Below the pieces are notes generated by a model. That model saw only the letters and a list, made by a program, of their open reading frames with translations. It did not search any database and was not told where the DNA came from. This document shows positions 55,350-62,237 of a DNA stretch of 64,000 bases, one piece after another. How positions within the stretch are numbered: the first letter of the stretch is position 1; each line of letters opens with the position of its first letter. The position numbers and the translations under genes were made by a program. This DNA comes from an uncultured bacterium (GTDB taxonomy: Bacteria; Verrucomicrobiota; Lentisphaeria; Victivallales; UBA1829), in assembly GCA_949297765.1 (NCBI GenBank), contig CASFTV010000005.1, forward strand, positions 66,144 to 130,143, in the 5' to 3' direction.

Positions 55350-55508
55350 ATGGACAAGTATGTCTGCAATGTCTGCGGTTATGTGTATGATCCGGCAAAG
55401 GGCGATCCGGACAACGGCGTGGCGCCCGGAACCCCGTTCGACCAGCTTCCGGAAGACTGGGTCTGCCCGGAATGCGGAGCGGGCAAGGATGAGTTCGCCA
55501 AGCAGTAA
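55350..55508 (+). CDS. rd: Rubredoxin (52 aa; below the ORF-track length cut-off)
   Basis: AAGGAGG lies 8 nt before the [55 protein letters not shown] carries both CxxCG knuckles. Confidence 0.92.
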   Translation: MDKYVCNVCGYVYDPAKGDPDNGVAPGTPFDQLPEDWVCPECGAGKDEFAKQ

Positions 55509-56310
55509 TCCGCGGAAAAACAGGACCCATGAGCCGCTCGGTCTCCGACTGGAGCGGCTTTATGCTGTCTACTCGGACGCACGCTATATTTCCCCGGATC
55601 CTCTGGAGACCGTTCTGCCGTTCCGGGAGATTGCGGACCGGGAAATTGCCGCGCTGGCGGCCTCGTCCCTGGCCTACGGACGGGTTGCGCAGATTCTGAA
55701 CAGTCTCCGGATCGTGTTCGGCGTGATGGGGGGCCGTCCGGCGGATTACATCCGTTCGGGCGGACTGGAAGAGTTCCGCCGTGATTTCCGCGGATTCAAA
55801 CACCGTTTCCATACCGGAGAAGATCTTGCTCTGCTGTTCGAGGGAGTCCGGTCCGCACTGAAGCGTTACGGGTCGCTGGAAGCGTGTTTTGCCGCCGGAT
55901 TCGAACGGGAGCATGAGACGGTTCTGCAGGCGCAGGAACATTTCTGTGCGGAGCTGTGCCGGAGTTTTCCGGAAGGGGAATCGACGCTGTTGCCGTCCCC
56001 TCGGAAGGGGAGTGCGTGCAAGCGTCTGAATCTGATGCTGCGGTGGCTGGTCCGGAAGGACGCGGTGGATCCCGGCGGATGGGAGAGCATTCCGCCGTCG
56101 CATCTGATTGTCCCGCTGGATACGCATCTTCACAGGATCTCGCGGGAACTGGGACTGACGCACCGGAATGCGGCCGACCGCGAAACCGCTCTGGAAATCA
56201 CACGGAATTTCCGGAATTTCTTTCCCGACGATCCCGTCAAAGCGGATTTTGTTCTCACCCGGTTCGGAATTCACCCCGATTTCGGACGGAATCCGCTCGA
56301 AAAATGCTGA
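55489..56310 (+). CDS. TIGR02757/DUF2400-like conserved protein
   Basis: The track ORF from 55276 reads through the rubredoxin gene in another frame. ATG 55489 is the only in-frame start near the conserved N-terminus ([20 protein letters not shown]). [18 protein letters not shown]. Family recalled from memory. Confidence 0.65.
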   Translation: MSSPSSNPRKNRTHEPLGLRLERLYAVYSDARYISPDPLETVLPFREIADREIAALAASSLAYGRVAQILNSLRIVFGVMGGRPADYIRSGGLEEFRRDFRGFKHRFHTGEDLALLFEGVRSALKRYGSLEACFAAGFEREHETVLQAQEHFCAELCRSFPEGESTLLPSPRKGSACKRLNLMLRWLVRKDAVDPGGWESIPPSHLIVPLDTHLHRISRELGLTHRNAADRETALEITRNFRNFFPDDPVKADFVLTRFGIHPDFGRNPLEKC

Positions 56311-56368
56311 AAAAACAGAAAAAAATAAAAAAAATCCGTTTTTTCTCCTTCTTTTTTAATTTTTCCAT

Positions 56369-56397
56369 TTGAAAATGAATTGACTCAATGATACTGT
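56369..56397 (+). promoter_or_regulatory. Promoter of the 66-aa basic protein gene, with upstream A/T tracts
   Basis: TTGAAA (56369-56374), a 17-nt spacer, then TGA-TACTGT (56392-56397). Preceded by about 60 nt of A- and T-runs (UP-element-like). Confidence 0.5.
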
Positions 56398-56407
56398 TAC
56401 AGCGTAA

Positions 56408-56421
56408 GCACAAAATTGTGC
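56408..56421 (+). promoter_or_regulatory. Perfect 14-bp palindrome in the leader of the small basic protein gene
   Basis: GCACAAAATTGTGC, just downstream of the predicted transcription start. Possible operator. Confidence 0.4.
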
Positions 56422-56456
56422 TTGAATACTAACCCCAATAACAAGGGAGACAAGCC

Positions 56457-56657
56457 ATGGAGTTTTTCAACGTCAAGAAGAGAAAGAAAGTCGTAATCGC
56501 TGAAAAGAATTGCAAGAAGGTCGTCTACAAGAGAGAAACTGCCAAGGGCGTCCAGGAACGCTATGCCGTCAAAGCTCAGGATGATGATGGAACCAACCTG
56601 ACGAAGTTTGTCAGCAAGGCCGACTATGCCAAGCTGAAATGCCCTGTCGCGAAGTAA
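56457..56657 (+). CDS. Small lysine-rich protein (66 aa), possible nucleic-acid-binding/nucleoid protein
   Basis: MEFFNVKKRKKVVIAEKNCKKVVYKRETAKGVQERYAVKAQDDDGTNLTKFVSKADYAKLKCPVAK. 18 of 66 residues are K/R. RBS AAGGGAGA, with its own promoter and terminator. Confidence 0.75.
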   Translation: MEFFNVKKRKKVVIAEKNCKKVVYKRETAKGVQERYAVKAQDDDGTNLTKFVSKADYAKLKCPVAK

Positions 56658-56672
56658 GGTTTTGCGAGTTCG

Positions 56673-56704
56673 GCCCCGTTCTTTCCGGAACGGGGCTTTT
56701 TTTT
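56673..56704 (+). terminator. Rho-independent terminator of the small basic protein gene
   Basis: GCCCCGTTC-tttccg-GAACGGGGC followed by TTTTTTTT. Confidence 0.85.
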
Positions 56705-56909
56705 GCCTCTTCAACGGACCTTGAGCACCTTCTTTACGCATGAAATTTCTGGCAGCTGACATTGCGTCCTCCTATCGTTTCTTGTGGTAAATTAACAACA
56801 GGTGCAATTCCGGTCTTTTTCTATTTCATCGCTGAGTTTTTCTCAGAATACGCTCATTCCTGTCAAATATCGCCGAAGGCCCTTTTTTGGAGAGAGGTGG
56901 GAAAGAAAA

Positions 56910-57677
56910 TCAGCAGCGCACTCGACGGCCGAGGAACCGGATCAGTGCGTCAAGAAGGGTTGCGGGATGCGGCGGACAGCCGGGAACGTAAAGATCAGGT
57001 TTCAGGATCTCTTCAAGACCGCCGCGGCATTCGGGACTTTCCCGGTAGAGTCCGCCGGAAATCGCGCAGCATCCGCAGGCAATGACAAAAACCGGCTTCG
57101 GAACGGCATCGCAGGTTTTCCGGAGAGCGGAGAGCATATTTCCGGACACCGGGCCGGTGACAAGGATGCAGTCCGCATGACGCGGGGAGGCAACCACCTG
57201 AATGCCGAAGCGGCCCATGTCCCATGCGAGCGTGTTCAGGACGTTGAAATCGAGTTCGCAGGCAGCGCAGCCCCCGGCGGAAACCTGACGGATCTTCAGG
57301 GATCGTCCGCAGAGATCGGCGATCCCGCTGTCGGGCTGGAGATCCCGGGAAAAGGGGCTTCCGGCGGTACGGATCAGCGACTCGCGGCGGAAAGCGGCAA
57401 GATCGTGCTGTTTTGTAAAGGAGATTGTTCCGGACGGACAGGCGGCGGAACATCTGGAGCAGAAGAGACAGCGGCCCATGTCCAGGGCGACGGACGTTCC
57501 GGAACGGGAAAGCGCATCGGTCGGACACGCCTCCATACAGAGGCGGCACTCCGGCGGACAGGCGGCGGAAGCGATTTCCGGGAGACCGGCGAAGCGGTCG
57601 GGCATGCGCGGTTCGGCATCCGGGAACCTCCCGGTCCGGTATCCCTGCATCCATCTGGCTTTCAAGGTTTTCAGCAT
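56910..57677 (-). CDS. Fused 2x[4Fe-4S] ferredoxin + NuoB/HycG-like small subunit of a group-4-hydrogenase-like complex
   Basis: Start ATG 57677 after GAGG. N-terminal CPPECRLCMEACP and CLFCSRCSAACP. The NuoB-like part retains the cluster ligands GGCAACELD, ACGCCAISGG, VPGCPPHP, and carries ASPRHADCILVTGPV. Confidence 0.85.
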   Translation of the reverse strand: MLKTLKARWMQGYRTGRFPDAEPRMPDRFAGLPEIASAACPPECRLCMEACPTDALSRSGTSVALDMGRCLFCSRCSAACPSGTISFTKQHDLAAFRRESLIRTAGSPFSRDLQPDSGIADLCGRSLKIRQVSAGGCAACELDFNVLNTLAWDMGRFGIQVVASPRHADCILVTGPVSGNMLSALRKTCDAVPKPVFVIACGCCAISGGLYRESPECRGGLEEILKPDLYVPGCPPHPATLLDALIRFLGRRVRC

Positions 57678-57688
57678 GGGGGACCTCG

Positions 57689-59179
57689 TTATAAATCGTG
57701 TCCGCAGTAGGACAGGTTGAAACTCTTGTTGCAAAGCGGAAAATTGGAGATCTGTTCTCCGCGCAGAGCCATTGCCAGACCGGACCAGTTGTGAAATGAG
57801 GGATCCACGATCTTATAGGCGGAGAATGTTCCGTCGGGTCCGGTCAGCGCGGTGTGACACAGTTCACCGCGCCAGCTCTCCGTCAGAGAAACCGCGATGG
57901 AATCCGGCGGCAGATGTCCGGGCGCATGCGAGGGTTCCTCTTCGGGAAGATTTCCGATCATCTCCCGGATCAGACGAAAGGATTCCTCCAGCTCCAGACG
58001 CCGGATCTCCGCCCGGGCAAAAACATCCCCCGTCTTCGCGCAGCAGAGAGCGGGAGGAAGGAACCGGTAGCCGCCATACGGATGCGTGACGCGAATGTCG
58101 CGGCGCAGTCCGCTTGCCCGGGCGGCAACGCCGACAAGGCCGATCTCCCGGGCCGTCTCCATCGAAACGAAACCGGTATTTTCAAGGCGGTCCAGGACGG
58201 AAGGGGAATCGAACATCAAATCCAGTGCGTTCCGAAGTTCGCGGGCGGCGCGGTCCATCCGGTCAAGGATTCCGCCGAGAAGGGCTGAATCCGCCGGATA
58301 TCCGAATCCGCCGGGAACGATGAGTCCGCGTCCGAACCGGTTTCCGCAGAGTTCGGCGGTCATGTTGAGAAACTCTCCGCGAATACGTCCGCAGTAGGAG
58401 GACGCGGGCAGATAGGCGGTATCGCCGGCAAGTGCGCCGAGATCGCCCGTATGGTTTGCGATCCGTTCCAGCTCCCAGGCAATCGTCCGCAGCGCCTCTG
58501 CCCGCCGGGAGACCCGGCTGTCGGGATCCAGCGCTTCCAGAATCTGGCAGAAGGCTCCTGCGGAAGCGGTCGAGGAATCGCCGGAAACGGTCTCCATGAT
58601 CGGAAGGGTTCGTTTGTCCGGTCCGCCGCGGAGCATGGCTTCGATCCCCCGGTGCTGATAGCCGAGGGTGATCTCCAGCGAGTAGACCTCCTCTCCGACG
58701 CATTGAAAGCGGAAATGACCGGGTTCGATCACGCCGGCGTGGACCGGCCCCACCGCGACCTCGTGCGCCGCATATCCCCGCAGAGGACAATCGACCGTCA
58801 CTCCGGAAATTCCGCTGCCGGACCGGCCGGGAAAGCGGACCGGTTTCAGGCCGGGATGTCCTTCCGGGACCACACCGGTCTGCTCATGCACCTCCTGTTC
58901 AAACCGGTGGAAGCGGACACATTCCGCAGTCAGGGAATCGTAGCGGGCGCCGACTTCGGAGGAGGAGAGAAGAACCGTTCCTTCCGCATCGTCCGTCAGC
59001 ACGGCGATCAGGCGGACCGGTCCGGAAGGATCCGGAACGCCGAAAAACGAGGAAAGATTTCTCCCGGGACAGCGCAGCGCGTCGATCAGCGCCCGCCGGA
59101 ACTCCGCAACGGGAAGCAGCGGCAGGGCCGACAGCGGCGCCGCACCCGGATTGTTCAGTTTCAGAAAAAGCTCATCCAT
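57689..59179 (-). CDS. HycE/NuoCD-like large subunit lacking NiFe-binding cysteines (Ehr-type)
   Basis: 496 aa. NuoC-like N-domain, then VGPVHAGVIEPGHFRF and YQHRGIE. Where HycE has RVCGICGFAH this protein reads TVSGDSSTAS. The C-terminus reads NLSYCGHDL where HycE has DPCYSCTDR. Confidence 0.85.
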   Translation of the reverse strand: MDELFLKLNNPGAAPLSALPLLPVAEFRRALIDALRCPGRNLSSFFGVPDPSGPVRLIAVLTDDAEGTVLLSSSEVGARYDSLTAECVRFHRFEQEVHEQTGVVPEGHPGLKPVRFPGRSGSGISGVTVDCPLRGYAAHEVAVGPVHAGVIEPGHFRFQCVGEEVYSLEITLGYQHRGIEAMLRGGPDKRTLPIMETVSGDSSTASAGAFCQILEALDPDSRVSRRAEALRTIAWELERIANHTGDLGALAGDTAYLPASSYCGRIRGEFLNMTAELCGNRFGRGLIVPGGFGYPADSALLGGILDRMDRAARELRNALDLMFDSPSVLDRLENTGFVSMETAREIGLVGVAARASGLRRDIRVTHPYGGYRFLPPALCCAKTGDVFARAEIRRLELEESFRLIREMIGNLPEEEPSHAPGHLPPDSIAVSLTESWRGELCHTALTGPDGTFSAYKIVDPSFHNWSGLAMALRGEQISNFPLCNKSFNLSYCGHDL

Positions 59180-59182
59180 TCC

Positions 59183-60595
59183 TCACAACACCCCCTGATT
59201 GAACAGAACGGCCAGAGCCGCGCCGGCCGCAAGAGCAATGACCAGAGCCGCCGCCGGAATCCGGCAGAGCCGTTCCGCCGCCGGAATCCGCTCCGGAGGG
59301 ACATCGTGCGTCCCGGGTGTTCCCATGCACATGTTCAGTCCCGCCATTGTCATTCCGGCAAAAACCGCGAACAGCAGAAGAAGCACAAGAGACCCGAAGA
59401 GGAAACCGGATTCCTGCACCAGCAGATATTCCGTGACAAACAGCGGGGACGGCGGCGTTCCGCAGATCAGCAGAATGGCACAGATCCAGAGAACGGCATT
59501 GCGCGGAATTCTTCCGAACAGCCCTCCGATCTCCGCAACCGAACGGGTCCCGCAGGCCGTCAGGATGTTCCCCGCAAGCAGGAAGAGCGCCATCTTGAGA
59601 ATGGAATGTCCGCAGAGATGAAGGAATGCGACGCTCTCCAGCCCGCATCCCCAGAGAAGCGCGGCCAGCCCCATATGCTCGACGCTGGAGTAGGCGAGCA
59701 TCCGCTTGAAATCGCTCTGACGGATGATGAAGAATGCCGCCGCGGCAAGGGAGATCACTCCAAGAGCGGTCAGCAGGGAATTGCAGAACGGCCGTACACT
59801 CTCCGGCGCAATCTGACAGAACCGGACCACGGCAAGAAACGAACAGTTCAGCAGCGATCCGGAAAGCAGAGCGGAAACCGTCGCCGGCGCCTCGCTGTGC
59901 GCATCGGGCAGCCAGGTATGGAACGGGGCAAGTCCTGTCTTGGTCCCGTAGCCGGCGAGAATCAGGATGAAGGCGCCTTTGAACCAGTCGGTCTGGAAAG
60001 AGGCGGAAGCATTTGCAAGTTCAGCCATTCCCAGTCCCCCGGCACCGGCCGCCCGGGCGGAAACCGCCATCAGCATCGTCCCGAGGAGCGCGAATCCGAT
60101 TCCGACCGAACAGATCAGAAGGTATTTCCACATGGCCTCCAGCGAGCGCCCGGACCGGTGGAAGCAGATCAGCGGAGCGCTGACCAGAGTCGTCGCTTCG
60201 ACCGCCACCCAGAGCAGTCCGAAATTGCGCGCGGCGATCACAAGGGTCATCGCCGCCAGGAATCCCAGCAGGCACGGAAGGAAAAACCTCTCCCGCAGCA
60301 GCCCGCAGTTTCCTCCCTCTGCGGAAAACGCGGACACCGCATGCAGCGAAACAAACAGGAACAGCAGAGACGTTACCAGAAGAAATATGATTCCTGCATC
60401 GTCGAAACCGATCCATTCCTGTCCGGCCCCGTATAAGGAGATCCGCGAAGGGGGCAGCACGGCGCAGCAGAGCGTCAGCGCCGTATGAACGCATGCGGTC
60501 AGAATCAGGAGGACCCGGGCGGAACGCTCCGACCGGATCCGCCATGCGGCAAACGCCGCCGCAAGCGGGAAAAGAATCAGAAGCAGAGCAATCAC
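59183..60595 (-). CDS. NuoN/HyfF-like proton-conducting antiporter-type membrane subunit
   Basis: 470 aa. GTKTGLAPFHTWLPDAHSEAP and KRMLAYSSVEHMG. GTG start in a GTGA overlap with the upstream stop. Confidence 0.85.
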   Translation of the reverse strand: MIALLLILFPLAAAFAAWRIRSERSARVLLILTACVHTALTLCCAVLPPSRISLYGAGQEWIGFDDAGIIFLLVTSLLFLFVSLHAVSAFSAEGGNCGLLRERFFLPCLLGFLAAMTLVIAARNFGLLWVAVEATTLVSAPLICFHRSGRSLEAMWKYLLICSVGIGFALLGTMLMAVSARAAGAGGLGMAELANASASFQTDWFKGAFILILAGYGTKTGLAPFHTWLPDAHSEAPATVSALLSGSLLNCSFLAVVRFCQIAPESVRPFCNSLLTALGVISLAAAAFFIIRQSDFKRMLAYSSVEHMGLAALLWGCGLESVAFLHLCGHSILKMALFLLAGNILTACGTRSVAEIGGLFGRIPRNAVLWICAILLICGTPPSPLFVTEYLLVQESGFLFGSLVLLLLFAVFAGMTMAGLNMCMGTPGTHDVPPERIPAAERLCRIPAAALVIALAAGAALAVLFNQGVL

Positions 60596-61287
60596 CGGTC
60601 CGCCTCCTTTCCGGGGGGAGACTTCGCGGCAGAACCCCAGTCTCCGAGTTTGTTGAGCCGGTCGGAATCAATGTGTTCGAACTCCCGGCTGATCTGAAAC
60701 ACGGCGATTCCCATAATGAAGACCAGCACCAGAACGTCCAGCAGGATTCCGAGTTCCACGACCAGTCCGTATTCGAGGGTCATTCCGCTTCCGAAGACCG
60801 TGATTCCGTTTTCAAAGACCAGGAACCCGATGGTCTGCGTGATCGCCTTTCTCCGGGCGACGATGAGGAACAGTCCGATCAGAACCGTTGCAAACGCCAC
60901 CGGAACCGACAGCAGAGAAACGGAATGCGCCGTCAGTTCCAGTCCGCGGCAGAAGAAGAACGTCCCTCCCATAATCAGCAGTGCAATCAGGACGGAAAGC
61001 GGATATCCGACCAGCGGCTCCAACTCCCGGCAGACATGCGCCGAACGCATCGTCCGCGCCAGCAGACCGGGCAGGACAAACGCCTTGATTCCGACATTCA
61101 CAATCGCCGCGGCCGCCAGTTCACCGTGCGGCAGGGAACTCCACTCCCAGACAGCCAGCGGAAGAATCCCCACCAGAAATCCCTGAAGCGCCACCAGACG
61201 GATGCAGTGCAGAAGACGGCTCGCCGCCGCGAGGAACAGATCCAGCGCAAGAATTGCAATAAACAGTATTTCCGTCAGTCCGGTCAT
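60592..61287 (-). CDS. HyfE/HycP-like (NuoK-related) membrane subunit
   Basis: Start ATG 61287 (ATGA overlap). 231 aa, about 7 TM, with FLVFENGITVFG typical of HyfE-like proteins. Confidence 0.75.
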   Translation of the reverse strand: MTGLTEILFIAILALDLFLAAASRLLHCIRLVALQGFLVGILPLAVWEWSSLPHGELAAAAIVNVGIKAFVLPGLLARTMRSAHVCRELEPLVGYPLSVLIALLIMGGTFFFCRGLELTAHSVSLLSVPVAFATVLIGLFLIVARRKAITQTIGFLVFENGITVFGSGMTLEYGLVVELGILLDVLVLVFIMGIAVFQISREFEHIDSDRLNKLGDWGSAAKSPPGKEADR

Positions 61288-62237
61288 TGCCCGCTCCCTT
61301 CGAACACCAGCAGCAGAACCACTGCGATCAGAACCAGACAGAGCGCCGCCAGCAGCATCTGCGGAACCTTCAGAAAACGGAAACGCGCCATCACCGACTC
61401 CACGCATCCGACCGCTCCGGCGGTCAGGAAAACCCCGCAGAAATAGACCGGCACTCCATTCAGTCCCGCAAAACAGCCCGCCGGAAGAAGCGCCGTGACA
61501 AGAAACGATGCAAAAATCCAGAGCTTGAGCGCCGCCGAATACTGGATCAGCGCAAGATCCGGCCCGCCGACATCCAGAATCATTGCTTCGTGAATCATCG
61601 TCAGTTCCAGATGGGTTTCCGGATCATCGAACGGAACGCGGCAGCATTCGGCGAGCATCACGATGAAAAGCGCTCCTCCCACCAGCAGCAGCGAAGTTCC
61701 GCTGACCGTCCATGCGGCCGGCCCCATGCTGTTCAGCATCCCGCTGAGCGAAAACGACCCCGAAAGCATCACGAAAAATACCGCCGCGCCGAACAGGACC
61801 ATTTCAGAAAACACTGAAAACTGAATCTCGCGGGATGCCCCCATCCCTTCGAAACTCGAACCTGTGTCAAGCGCGCCGAGCACCGTTGCGACCCGGGCAA
61901 ATCCCAGCAGATAAAAAAACAGCAGCACATCCCCGCTGAACGCCAGCGGCGAATTGCAGAGCGCACTGGGCAGGAACAGCATCGCGCACAGCAGGGCCGC
62001 CGGAACACAGAGCGGCATCAGACGAATCACTCCCGCGGACGTGGAGGAGAACACCCCCTCCTTGCGGACCAGTTTTGACAGATCGTAATAAAGCTGGAAA
62101 AGACGCGGCCCCTTCCGTCCGGCGAAAAACGCCTTGACCTTGTTGATCACGCCGGGCAGCAGCGGACACAGCAGCAGCGAGAGAACCACTCCTCCGCCCC
62201 AGATAAAATCGTTGAGATACGCGTATTCCGGACTCAT
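61284..62237 (-). CDS. HycD/NuoH-like membrane subunit
   Basis: Start ATG 62237 (ATGA overlap). 317 aa. RVPFDDPETHLELTMIHEAMILD matches the NuoH/HycD block. Confidence 0.85.
   Translation of the reverse strand: MSPEYAYLNDFIWGGGVVLSLLLCPLLPGVINKVKAFFAGRKGPRLFQLYYDLSKLVRKEGVFSSTSAGVIRLMPLCVPAALLCAMLFLPSALCNSPLAFSGDVLLFFYLLGFARVATVLGALDTGSSFEGMGASREIQFSVFSEMVLFGAAVFFVMLSGSFSLSGMLNSMGPAAWTVSGTSLLLVGGALFIVMLAECCRVPFDDPETHLELTMIHEAMILDVGGPDLALIQYSAALKLWIFASFLVTALLPAGCFAGLNGVPVYFCGVFLTAGAVGCVESVMARFRFLKVPQMLLAALCLVLIAVVLLLVFEGSGQ

Noticed and set aside
55276-55488. 5' part of the 344-aa track ORF spanning the rubredoxin region
   Set aside because: It reads the rubredoxin gene in a different frame. 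Rubredoxin has a strong SD and perfect motifs. The TIGR02757-like protein most plausibly starts at 55489.
56397-56762. 121-aa minus-strand ORF with a perfect AGGAGG 5 nt before its ATG
   Set aside because: It would have to be translated through the terminator hairpin and antisense to the 66-aa gene, which has its own promoter, RBS and terminator. The product is a hydrophobic mirror image of a K-rich gene. It remains a remote possibility as the last gene of the hydrogenase-like operon.
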